From: Scyliorhinus canicula | Taxonomy: Eukaryota | Assembly (NCBI RefSeq): GCF_902713615.1 | Contig: NC_052176.1 | Coordinates: 11,484,243 to 11,548,242 of the forward strand | Reading direction: 5' to 3' | Length of the DNA: 64,000 nucleotides | In this document: positions 1 to 11,984 of the stretch, piece by piece | Layout: each line of letters starts with the position of its first letter | Numbering within the stretch: position 1 is the first letter of the stretch | Translations under genes and position numbers: made by a program | Notes under the pieces: model-generated | What the model saw: the letters and a program-made list of their open reading frames with translations, nothing else | Databases searched by the model: none | What the model was told of the DNA's origin: nothing

Positions 1-2360
1 AGGGTTTCCTGACACAATATGTTGACAGGCCAACAAGAGGCGAGGCCACATTGGATTTGGTTTTGGGTAATGAACCAGGCCAGGTGTTAGATCTGGAGGT
101 AGGTGAGCACTTTGGAAACAGTGACCACAATTCGGTGACCTTTACGTTCGTGATGGAAAGGGATAAGTATACCCCGCAGGGCAAGAGTTATAGCTGGGGG
201 AAGGGCAATTATGATGCCATTAGACATGACTTAGGATGTGTTGGTTGGAGAAGTAGGCTGCAAGGGTTGGGCACACTGGATATGTGGAGCTTGTTCAAGG
301 AACAGCTATTGCATGTTCTTGATAAGTACGTACCAGTCAGGCAGGGAGGAAGGTGGTCGAGCGAGGGAACCGTGGTTTACCAAAGAAGTGGAATCTCTTG
401 TTAAGAGGAAGAAGGAAGCCTATGTGAAGATGAGGCGTGAAGTTTCAGTTGGGGCGCTTGATATTTACAAGGAAGCGAGGAAGGATCTAAAGAGAGAGCT
501 GAGACGAGCAAGGAGGGGACATGAGAAGTCTTTGGCAGGTAGGATCAAGGAAAACCCAAAAGCTTTCTATAGGTATGTCAGGAATAAAAGGATGACTAGG
601 GTAAGAGTAGGGCCAGTCAAGGACAGTGGTGGGAAGTTGTGTGTGGAGGCTGAGGAGATAAGCGAGATACTAAATGAATACTTTTCGTCAGTATTCACTC
701 AAGAAAAAGATAATATTGTGGAGGAGAATGCTGAGACCCAGGCTATTAGAATAGATGGCACTGAGGTGCGTAGGGAAGAAGTGTTGGCAATTCTGGACAA
801 GGTGAAAATAGATAAGTCCCCGGGGCCGGATGGGATTTATCCTAGGATTCTCTGGGAAGCCAGGGAAGAGATTGCTGAGCCTTTGGCTTTGATTTTTAGG
901 TCATCATTGGCTACAGGAATAGTGCCAGAGGACTGGAGGATAGCAAATGTGGTCCCTTTGTTCAAGAAGGGGAGTAGAGATAACCCCGGTAACTATAGGC
1001 CGGTGAGCCTAACGTCTGTGGTGGGTAAAGTCTTGGAGAGGATTATAAAAGATACGATTTATAATCATCTAGATAGGAATAATATGATTAGGGACAGTCA
1101 GCATGGTTTTATGAAGGGTAGGTCATGCCTCACAAACCTTATCGAGTTCTTTGAGAAGGTGACTGAACAGGTAGATGAGGGTAGAGCAGTTGATGTGGTG
1201 TATATGGATTTCAGTAAACGTTTGATAAGGTTCCCCACGGTCGTCTATTGCAGAAAATACGGAGGCTGGGGATTGAGGGTGATTTAGAGATGTGGATCAG
1301 AAATTGGCTAGTTGAAAGAAGACAGAGAGTGGTAGTTGATGGGAAATGTTCAGAATGGAGTTCAGTTACGAGTGGCGTACCACAAGGATCTGTTCTGGGG
1401 CCGTTGCTGTTTGTCATTTTTATAAATGACCTAGAGGAGGGCGCAGAAGGATGGGTGAGTAAATTTGCAGACGACACTAAAGTCGGTGGAGTTGTAGACA
1501 GTGCGGAAGGATGTTGCAGGTTACAGAGGGACATAGATAAGCTGCAGAGCTGGGCTGAGAGGTGGCAAATGGAGTTTAATGTGGAGAAGTGTGAGGTGAT
1601 TCACTTTGGAAAGAATAACAGAAATGCGGAATATTTGGCTAATGGTAAAATTCTTGGTAGTGTGGATGAGCAGAGGGATCTCGGTGTCCATATACATAGA
1701 TGCCTGAAAGTTGCCACCCAGGTTGATAGGGTTGTGAAGAAGGCCTATGGTGTGTTGGCCTTTATTGGTAGAGGGATTGAGTTCCGGAGCCATGAGGTCA
1801 TGTTGCAGTTGTACAAAACTCTAGTACGGCCGCATTTGGAGTATTGCATACAGTTCTGGTCGCCTCATTATAGGAAGGACGTGGAAGCTTTGGAACGGGT
1901 GCAGAGGAGATTTACCAGGATGTTGCCTGGTATGGAGGGAAAATCTTATGAGGAAAGGCTGATGGACTTGAGGTTGTTTTCGTTAGAGAGAAGAAGGTTA
2001 AGAGGTGACTTAATAGAGGCATACAAAATGATCAGAGGGTTAGATAGGGTGGACAGCGAGAGCCTTCTCCCGCGGATGGAGGTGGCTAGCACGAGGGGAC
2101 ATAGCCTTAAATTGAGGGGTAATAGATATAGGACAGAGGTCAGAGGTGGGTTTTTTACGCAAAGAGTGGTGAGGCCGTGGAATGCCCTACCTGCAACAGT
2201 AGTGAACATGCCAACATTGAGGGCATTTAAAAATTTATTGGATAAGCATATGGATGATAAGGGCATAGTGTAGGTTAGATGGCCTTTAGATTTTTTCCAT
2301 GTCGGTGCAACATCGAGGGCCGAAGGGCCTGTACTGCGCTGTATCGTTCTATGTTCTATG
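1..2360 (+). mobile_element. CR1 LINE, 3' part of ORF2 (end of APE endonuclease + reverse transcriptase) and 3' UTR; frameshifted; runs off the window start
   Basis: Overlapping ORFs 51-404, 238-1287 and 1248-2273 give [35 protein letters not shown] and FADD motifs. Frameshifts near 355 and 1218. Ends in (TTCTATG)n tail. Confidence 0.96.
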
Positions 2361-4365
2361 CACTCCCCCCCTTCATGCATTCACCCCCACTTCATGCACT
2401 CACCCCTTCATGCACTCCCCCCCTTCATGCACTCACCCTTAATGCACTCCCCCCCCTTCATGCACTCCCCCCCTTCATGCATTCACCCCACTTCATGCAC
2501 TCACCCTTAATGCACTCCCCGCCTTCATGCACTCCCCCCTTCATGCACTCCCCCCCCTTCATGCACTCACCCTTAATGCACTCCCCCCCTTCATACACTC
2601 CCCGCCTTCAGGCACTCACCTTAATGCACTCCCCCCCCTTCATGCACACACCCCCCTTCATGCACTCCCCCCCTTCATGCACTCCCCCCCTTCATGCACT
2701 CCCCCCCTTCATGCACTCCCCCCCTTCATGCACTCCCCCCCTTCATGCACTCCCCCCTCATGCACTCCCTCCCTTCATACACTCCCCCCCTTCATGCACT
2801 CCCCCCCTCATGCACTCACCCCCCCTTCATGCACTCCCCCCTTCATGCACTCCCCCTTCATGCACCCCCCCTTCATGCACCCCCCCTTCATGCACTCCCC
2901 CCTTCATGCACCCCCCCTTCATGCACCCCCCCTTCATGCACCCCCCCCTTCATGCACTCACCCCCGCTTCATGCACCCCCCCTTCATGCACTCACCCCCC
3001 CCTTCATGCACACCCCCCTTCATGCACTCCCCCCCTTCATGCACTCCCCCCCTTCATGCTTTCCCCCCTCATGCACTCCCCCCTTCATGTACCCCCCCTT
3101 CATGCACTCCCCCCCTTCATGCACTCCCCCCCTTCATGCACTCCCCCCCTTCATGCACTCCCCCCCTTCATGCACTCCCCCCTTCATGTACCCCCCCTTC
3201 ATGCACTCCCCCCCTTCATGCACTCCCCTCCTTCATGCACTCCCCCCCCTCATGCACTCCCCACTTCATGCACTCACCCCCCCTCCATGCACTCCCCCCC
3301 CTTCATGCACTCACCCCCCCCTCCATGCACTCCCCCCCCCTTCATGCACTCACCCCTCCTTCATGCACTCACCCCTCCTTCATGCACTCACCCCCCTTCA
3401 TGCACTCACCCCCCCTTCATGCACTCACCCCCCTCATGCACTCACCCCCCCTTCATGCACTCCCCCCCCCTTCATGCACTCACCCCTCCTTCATGCACTC
3501 ACCCCTCCTTCATGCACTCACCCCTCCTTCATGCACTCACCCCTCCTTCATGCACTCACCCCTCCTTCATGCACTCACCCCTCCTTCATGCACTCACCCC
3601 TCCTTCATGCACTCACCCCCCTTCATGCACTCACCCCCCCTTCATGCACTCCCCCCCTTCATGCACTCCCCCCCTTCATGCACTCCCCCCCTTCATGCAC
3701 TCCCCCCCCTCATGCACTCCCCACTTCATGCACTCACCCCCCTCCATGCACTCCCCCCCCTTCATGCACTCACCCCCCCCTCCATGCACTCCCCCCCCCT
3801 TCATGCACTCACCCCTCCTTCATGCACTCACCCCTCCTTCATGCACTCACCCCCCTTCATGCACTCACCCCCCCTTCATGCACTCACCCCCCTCATGCAC
3901 TCACCCCCCCTTCATGCACTCCCCCCCCCTTCATGCACTCACCCCCCTCATGCACTCACCCCTCCTTCATGCACTCACCCCTCCTTCATGCACTCACCCC
4001 CCCTCCATGCACTCCCCCCTTCATGCACTCACCCCTCCTTCATGCACTCACCCCTCCTTCATGCACTCACCCCCCTTCATGCACTCACCCCCCCTTCATG
4101 CACTCCCCCCCCTTCATGCACTCACCCCCCCTTCATGCACTCACCCCTCCTTCATGCACTCACCCCCCCCCCTCATGCACTAACCCCCCCCTTCATGCAC
4201 TCACCCCTCCTTCATGCACTCACCCCCCCCCCCTCATGCACTCACCCCCCCTTCATGCACTCACCCCTCCTTCATGCACTCACCCCCCCCCCCCTCATGC
4301 ACTAACCCCCCCCTTCATGCACTCACCCCCCCTTCATGCACTCACCCCCCCTTCATGCACTCACC
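2358..4365. repeat. C-rich minisatellite, ~17-20 bp unit CTTCATGCACTC(A)CCCCCC
   Basis: Tandem array read directly; explains the MHSPP/SCTPP/LHALP ORFs. Confidence 0.97.
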
Positions 4366-5834
4366 TGTTTCCAGCCCTTCCAAACGTCTGAACATTCCAT
4401 TTGTTTACACAGTCTCTTGTGAACACTCCTCTATCTTTCAACACTCCTTCAGATTTACACACTTCTCTGGTATTACCAGTCCCGTGATCCACACAATCTT
4501 CTGGTTAATACAGTCTCTGCTTAACACATTCCCCTGTTTTACATACTACCCTGGTTTACAAACTCTCATGTTTACACACTTTGTATTGTGCACGTTGTCT
4601 TGGTTTTACACACTCTCCTGGTTTACACTCACCAATTTTAAACTCTCTCCTGGATGGAAGCTCCCCTGATTGTAAACATTCCTCTGATTTCCTGGTGCCC
4701 GGATTCTGGAATTATCTCGCCTCCACACAGAAAGTCCTGACCTATGAGTCCATCCTTATCCTTGTTTCTATGTCACTCTCTCTATTGTCTTTGTCTTTCT
4801 CTCTCAATTTCAATATGTCATCGGGAGCGTTGTGGACACAGTGATAACACGCGTAACACTGGCTCTCAATGAGAACACTGCTGCCGTGTTGTGAGTGAGA
4901 CGGTCACTGTCCCTCCTCCACACAGAAAGTCCAGCTCTGTGAGTCCATCTTTATTTTTGAAATTTGCTGTTCGGCTCAGAATGGTCAGAATCTGTGTCAC
5001 TGTGAAAATCTCCACTCTCAGAGGGGGTGGGACTATTCTTTAACTGGGTGTCCCTGCTTGTTGAGTTTGGGGTTCAGTGTTACCGGCAGTGCAGGAGGAT
5101 CACATCAAACAGGAAAATCTCCACTGTTGGAGAGGAGATCAATTGTATTTCCACATTCATGAAAAACGTGTCATCAATGAGTTTAGATTTTAAAATATGA
5201 CTGTCTGCTGCCGGGTATTTAGGGAAACAGAAGATAGGGAGCAGAAAACTCAGTTGATCAGTAAGTGAGATGAAAATCTACAATTAAGGCACCGATTTGG
5301 AAACAAATGTTGAGAAGAGGGAGAATTCTGCCCTGGGAAATGTAATTTCCAAACCTTGTGTGTGGATGTGAATATTGTGGAAGAGAGAGTGAAAGGGGCG
5401 GGCCAAACAGGAGAAACCAACTGTGTTTGTGTGTCCGCTCTGATCAGCAGATCTCCCAATCCCTCTGGGACAAAATGGAAATATTGTTCATTCAATCAAT
5501 CCCCCTGATCCCCTCCTACTTTCCCAAGTTGGATTTCAGGGCAGTTTAGATGCTGCTTTCCAGATTTCTGCGGAAAGGTTGGGAAAATGAGAGCGATCGG
5601 GTGAGAGAGCGCGAACACTGCATCAGTAAAACGGGTTTAAATCCGAAATGGAGCATTCAAATCGCGTGAAACCTTTCCTACAGCCAGTGGCGTGCAGAGG
5701 TCTGGTGATGCCCGGGGCAAATCTTGATTGTGTGCCCCAAAGCCCCACGTAAATATTTCATTAAATATCACCAAAAAACCTATAGAAAACGTAGTTGCAC
5801 ACGTTCTAGAGCTATTCACTGACCTCTTTATCTT

Positions 5835-8800
5835 TAGAACATAGAACGATACAGCGCAGTACAGGCCCTTCGGCCCTCGATGTTGCACCGACATGGAAAA
5901 AAACTAAAGGCCATCTAACCTACACTATTCCCTCATCCAATAAACTTTTAAATGCCCTCAATGTTGGCGAGTTCACTACTGTTGCAGGTAGGGCATTCCA
6001 CGGCCTCACCACTCTTTGCGTAAAAAACCCACCTCTGACCTCTGTCCTATATCTATTACCCCTCAATTTAAGGCTATGTCCCCTCGTGCTAGCCACCTCC
6101 ATCCGCGGGAGAAGGCTCTCGCTGTCCACCCTATCTAACCCTCTGATCATTTTGTATGCCTCTATTAAGTCACCTCTTAACCTTCTTCTCTCTAACGAAA
6201 ACAACCTCAAGTCCATCAGCCTTTCCTCATAAGATTTTCCCTCCATACCAGGCAACATCCTGGTAAATCTCCTCTGCACCCGTTCCAAAGCTTCCACGTC
6301 CTTCCTATAATGAGGCGACCAGAACTGTGCGCAATACTCCAAACGCGGCCGTACTAGAGTTTTGTACAACTGCAACATGACCTCATGGCTCCGGAACTCA
6401 ATCCCTCTACCAATAAAGGCCAACACACCATAGGCCTTCTTCACAACCCTATCAACCTGGGTGGCAACTTTCAGGGATCTATGTTCATGGACACCGAGAG
6501 CCCTCTGCTCATCCACACTACCAAGAATTTTACCATTAGCCAAATATTCCGCATTCCTGTTATTCTTTCCAAAGTGAATCACCTCACACTTCTCCACATT
6601 AAACTCCATTTGCCACCTCTCAGCCCAGCTCTGCAGCTTATCTATGTCCCTCTGTAACCTGCAACATCCTTCCGCACTGTCTACAACTCCACCGACTTTA
6701 GTGTCGTCTGCAAATTTACTCACCCATCCTTCTGCGCCCTCCTCTAGGTCATTTATAAAAATGACAAACAGCAACGGCCCCAGAACAGATCCTTGTGGTA
6801 CGCCACTCATAACTGAACTCCATTCTGAACATTTCCCATCAATTACCACTCTCTGTCTTCTTTCAACTAGCCAATTTCTGATCCACATCTCTAAATCACC
6901 CTCAATCCCCAGCCTCTGTATTTTCTGCAATAGCCGACCGTGGGGAACCTTATCAAACGCTTTACTGAAATCCAATACACCACATCAACTGCTCTACCCT
7001 CGTCTACCTGTTCAGTCACCTTCTCAAAGAACTCGATAAGGTTTGTGAGGCATGACCTACCCTTCACAAAACCATGCTGACCATCCCTAATCATATTATT
7101 CCTATCTAGATGATTATAAATTGTATCTTTTATAATCCTCTCCAAGACTTTACCCACCACAGACGTTAGGCTCACTGGCCTATAGTTACCGGGGTTATCT
7201 CTACTCCCCTTCTTGAACAAAGGGACCACATTTGCTATCCTCCAGTCCTCTGGCACTATTCCTGTAGCCAATGATGACCTAAAAATCAAAGCCAAAGGCT
7301 CAGCAATCTCTTCCCTGGCTTCCCAGAGAATTCTAGGATAAATCCCATCAGGCCCCGGGGACTTATCTATTTTCACCTTGTCCAGAATTGCCAACACTTC
7401 TTCCCTACACACCTCAATGCCATCTATTCTAATAGCCTGGGTCTCAGCATTCTCCTCCACAATATTATCTTTTTCCTGAGTGAATACTGACGAAAAGTAT
7501 TCGTTTAGTATCTCGCTTATCTCCTCAGCCTCCACACACAACTTCCCACCACTGTCCTTGACTGGCCCTACTCTTACCCTAGTCATTCTTTTATTCCTGA
7601 CATACCTATAGAAAGCTTTTGGGTTTTCCTTGATCCTACCTGCCAAAGACTTCTCATGTCCCCTCCTTGCTCGTCTTAGCTCTCTCTTTAGATCCTTCCT
7701 CGCTTCCTTGTAACTATCAAGCGCCCCAACTGAAACTTCACGCCTCATCTTCACATAGGCCTCCTTCTTCCTCTTAACAAGAGATTCCACTTCTTTGGTA
7801 AACTACGGTTCCCTCGCTCGACCCCTTCCTCCCTGCCTGACTGGTACGTACTTATCAAGAACATGCAATAGCTGTTCCTTGAACAAGCTCCACATATCCA
7901 GTGTGCCCAACCCTTGCAGCCTACTTCTCCAACCTACACATCCTAAGTCATGTCTAATGGCATCATAATTGCCCTTCCCCCAGCTATAACTCTTGCCCTG
8001 CGGGGTATACTTATCCCTTTCCATCACTAACGTAAAGGTCACCGAATTGTGGTCACTGTTTCCAAAGTGCTCACCTACCTCCAGATCTAACACCTGGCCT
8101 GGTTCATTACCTAAAACCAAATCCAATGTGGCCTCGCCTCTTGTTGGCCTGTCAACATATTGTGTCAGGAAACCCTCCTGCACACATTGTACAAAGAACG
8201 ACCCATCTAATGTACTCGAACTATATAATTTCCAGTCAATATTTGGAAAGTTAAAGTCTCCCATAACAACTACCCTGTTACTTTCGCTCTTTTCCAGAAT
8301 CATCTTCGCCATCCTTTCCTCTACATCCCTAGAACTATTAGGTGGCCTATAGAAAACTCCCAACAGGGTGACCTCTCCTTTCCTGTTTCTAACCTCAGCC
8401 CATATTACCTCGGAAGAAGAGTCCCCATCTAGCATCCTTTCCACCACTGTAATACTGTCCTTGACAAGCAGCGCCACACCTCCCCCTCTTTTGCCCCCTT
8501 CTCTGACCTTACTAAAACACCTAAACCCCGGAACCTGCAACAACCATTCCTGTCACTGCTTTATCCATGTCTCTGAAATGGCCACAACATCAAAGTCCCA
8601 GGTACCAACCCATGCTGCCAGTTCCCCTACCTTATTTCGTATACTCCTGGCATTGAAGTAGACACACTTCAAACCACCTACCTGAACACTGGCACCCTCC
8701 TGCGAAGTCAAATCTGTGCTCCTGACCTCTATACTCTCAATCTCCCGTACCCCAAAACTACAATCCAGGTTCCCATGCCCCTGCTGAATTAGTTTAAACC

Positions 8801-9770
8801 CCCCCAAAGAGCACTAACAAATCTCCCCCCCAGGATATTGGTGCCCCTCAGGTTCAGATGTAGACCATCCTGTCTATAGAGGTCCCACCTTCCCCAGAAA
8901 GAGCCCCAGTTATCCAGAAATCTGAATCCCTCCCGTCTGCATCATCCCTGTAGCCACGTGTTTAATTGCTCTCTCTCCCTATTCCTCATCTCACTATCAC
9001 GTGGCACGGGCAACAACCCAGAGATAATAACTCTGTTTGTTCTCGCTCTGAGCTTCCATCCTAGCTCCCTAAAGGCCTGCCTGACATCCTTGTCCCCTTT
9101 CCTACCTATGTCGTTAGTGCCAATGTGGACTACAACTTGGAGCTGCTCCCCCTCCCCCTTAAGGACCCGGAAAACACGATCCGAGACATCACGTACCCTT
9201 GCACCTGGGAGGCAACATACCAAACGTGAGTCTCTCTCGCTCCCACAAAATCTCCTATCTGTGCCCCTGACTATTGAGTCCCCAATTACTAATGTTCTAC
9301 TCCTTTCCCCCCTTCCCTTCTGAGCAACAGGGACAGACTCCGTGCCAGAGGTCCGTACCCCATGGCTTAGGGTCCCTGCACAGACTGCTTCTTCCCAGTC
9401 CCTCTTACAGTTACCCATCTATCTCCAGTCTTTGGTGTAACTACATCCCTGAAGCTCCTATCTATGACCCCCTCTGCCTCCCGAATGATCCGAAGTTCAT
9501 CCAGCTCAAGCTCCAGGTCCCTAACACGGTTTTTGAGGAGCTGGAGTTGGGTGCACTTCCCACAGATGAAATCAGCAGGGACACTGACGGCGTCCCTCAC
9601 CTCAAACATTCTGCAGGAGAAGCATTGTACTGCCTTCCCTGACATCACCTCTAGATTTAAAAAAAACAAGAAGAAAAAGAAACGAAGAGCTTACCTGATA
9701 TTCCCTCAAACCCTGCTCCCGGTGAAAGGTAAGCAAATTTAAAGGCACTCACTCACCTTCACGACAGGCC
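5835..9770 (-). mobile_element. Near full-length CR1 LINE (ORF1 Zn-finger/leucine zipper + SGNH esterase; ORF2 APE-RT), disabled
   Basis: ORF1 pieces 9367-9669 (CxxC..CxxC, heptad Leu) and 8942-9418 (VIGDS..HIGTND). ORF2 pieces 8553-8807, 7803-8543, 6891-7790, 5920-6975. Tail TAGAACATAGAAC at 5835. The 5' end is approximate. Confidence 0.95.
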
Positions 9771-9787
9771 CCAAGCTGCCTCTAGGT

Positions 9788-10149
9788 CAGGGGTGGGCAA
9801 ACTTTTCCGTGCAAGGGCCACATTCAGAAATTCACAATTCACAAAGGGCCGCATAGTATATTAAGTAAAATAATTACTTCACCCGGTTATGATTCTGGGC
9901 GCCTCATACAGAACATAGAACAGTACAGGCCCTTCGGCCCTCGACGTTGTGCCGAGCAATGATCATCCTACTCAAGTCAACGTATCCACCCTATACCAGT
10001 AAGTAACCCAACAGCCCCCCCATTAACCTTAAAAAAAATTAAAAAAAAAAAAAATTTAAAACAAATTTTTTTTTTAATGACTTGGAGGGCCGCAGAAATA
10101 CCTTTGGCGGGCCGCATGCGGCCCGCGGGCCGTAGTTTGCCCACCCCTG
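9788..10149. mobile_element. hAT-Charlie-type MITE with an internal SINE 3' fragment (~9908-10030)
   Basis: TIRs CAGGGGTGGGCAAACT / AGTTTGCCCACCCCTG; 8-bp TSD CTCTAGGT (9780-9787, 10150-10157). Confidence 0.92.
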
Positions 10150-10862
10150 CTCTAGGTCATCTCTAAGGTATAGGACGGCTGCCTGAGGTTAAATTGCGCT
10201 GTAAGAGTTAGTCAATTTCCCCTTAGCGCTGGGATTCTAGGGATATTGTTCTCTTCTTCAGTCATTTTGCTTTGCAGCAATGGGTGAGATGTTATGTCTC
10301 GAAAGTTGTGCCTCCCTCCTCTGCAACCCCCATGGAGAAGGATAAGAGCAGCAACGTCATGGAAATACTGTTATGACCCTTGTGGAAACAAACTACAAAC
10401 AACCCAACTAAGACCAATATACAAAACTTCACTTTTATATTAGCAATCACACCAAAATCAACGTAAATTAAACATGAATTAACAGGAAAATTGCAATAAT
10501 ATGACCGATAAATTACACATAGCAGATACAAAGACATATCTCACACATTTCTCAGTCAGCCCATTCAACACGTATCACATTCATTTCAGCCACAATATCC
10601 TTCAAAACGTTGAACTTCTTCAAATCAAATTCCATCTTCATTTCTCTAAAGCTTTAGCACCAAGTCTCATCAAACAACGGCATTACTTCACCCAATTTCC
10701 ACAAATATAATTTTCACAGTCGACACATTTCCAGATCCCTTCTTCTTCACAAAACCCTGGTCATGTGGGGCCTGTTTGTGCACTATGCCAGTGCATAAAG
10801 GGTCCCCAAATCCAGATATAAAGCTTTGTTCAAGATCTGAGCTCCAGCAGCTTGCAGTCAAG

Positions 10863-11219
10863 TAGAACATAGAACATAGACCAGTACAGCACAGAACAGG
10901 CCCTTCAGCCCTCGATGTTGTGCCGAGCAATGATCACCCTACTCAAACCCACGTATCCACCCTATACCCGTAACCCAACAGCCCCCCCCCCCCCCCTAAC
11001 CTTACTTTTTTAGGACACTACGGGCAATTTAGCATGGCCAATCCACCTAACCCGCACATCTTTGGACTGTGGGAGGAAACCGGAGCACCCGGAGGAAACC
11101 CACGCACACACGGGGAGGACGTGCAGACTCCGCACAGACAGTGACCCAGCCGGGAACCGAACCTGGGACCCTGGAGCTGTGAAGCATTTATGCTAACCGC
11201 CATGTTACCGTGCTGCCCC
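10863..11219 (-). mobile_element. HE1/V-SINE-like tRNA-derived SINE, full length
   Basis: Head GGGCAGCACGG..GGTTCGGTTCCC (B box), central GGGTTTCCTCCGGGTGCTCCGG, CR1-like (TTCTATG)n tail. Confidence 0.9.
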
Positions 11220-11519
11220 TGTCTCTGCGAATCTCCCATTTATAGGACCCTGGGCTTTAAGTATAAAGGGTAAGAGGGCAAAAGTTAAGAGGCCATGATG
11301 AATCTTCATAAAATACTGGTTCTGTCCCAAATGGGTGCCCCTGGCCCAAATGTCAAATTCTGGGCACGACAGTTTAGTAAATTGACAACTATAGAGAGGG
11401 TGCAGAGAAGAGTTTAAAAATGGATCAAAAGATAAAGATAAAGAATAAATAAAACTCACCCATGGTGGCATTGATTGCCGTTGATTCGGGAGATTTCGCG
11501 CCCTTTTTGTTCACCAGGC

Positions 11520-11630
11520 GCGCAGGCGCGCTCCGGCCGCCCGCGGTGCGCAGGCGCGCTCCGGCCGCCCGCGGTGCGCAGGCGCGCTCCGGCCGCCCGC
11601 GGTGCGCAGGCGCACTCCGGCCGCCCGCGG
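11520..11630. repeat. 4 x 28-bp GC-rich subterminal repeat with NRF1-like GCGCAGGCGC motifs
   Basis: Unit GCGCAGGCGCGCTCCGGCCGCCCGCGGT read directly. Confidence 0.9.
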
Positions 11631-11828
11631 GGCATGCTCCCTTCTCTTCACGCTGCTGCCCCCATCCAATCGATGCCCGGGGCCAGCGCACCGTCGCCCC
11701 CCCCCCCCCCCCCCCCTCCTCTGCACGCCACTGCCTACAGCAAACCTTAGAGTGTGAGAGACAGGAAGGATTTATCCTGGGACACTGTGGAGCTGGAATT
11801 TGAGTGGAATTGGAGAGTTTATGACCAG

Positions 11829-11910
11829 AGAAAAACACAGAGGCAGCAGCAGCAGCCTGGAGCTGAGAGCAGGTTGTCTCCGCCCCGTCCGCTCGCTGCC
11901 TTTAAGTTGC
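11829..11910 (+). promoter_or_regulatory. Histone H1 promoter (H1/AC box, GC box, TATA-like)
   Basis: AAAAACACA ~11831, CCGCCC ~11880, TTTAAG ~11901. The same elements precede the second H1. Confidence 0.7.
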
Positions 11911-11984
11911 TCAGTGCCGCCACCAGAGGCTTCATTTCTCAGCCACTTCACATTGACGGAGAGATTTTGTGCCGAGTCCCGGAC

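Larger units (their letters stand above)
5685..11733. mobile_element. Non-autonomous hAT-type DNA transposon carrying nested insertions
   Basis: Perfect 16-bp TIRs CAGTGGCGTGCAGAGG (5685-5700) / CCTCTGCACGCCACTG (11718-11733). 8-bp TSD CCTACAGC (5677-5684, 11734-11741). Empty paralogous site CCTAAAGC at 48358-48365. Confidence 0.93.

Noticed and set aside
2279-4391. Long Pro/His-rich ORFs (565-634 aa), also 45373-47346
   Set aside because: Open in all three frames because the minisatellite lacks stops; no domain.
10158-10862. Transposase or second exon inside the hAT core
   Set aside because: Candidate acceptors I tried lead to early stops and no hAT motifs are recognisable.
11100-11219. 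tRNA-like A/B boxes here and in other SINE heads
   Set aside because: Belong to tRNA-derived SINEs; no complete cloverleaf seen.
11754-11984. N-terminal extensions of H1, H3 (14304) and H2B (16715) in the ORF track
   Set aside because: They start at non-ATG codons in promoter or 5' UTR sequence; real ATGs are at 11985, 14358 and 16691.
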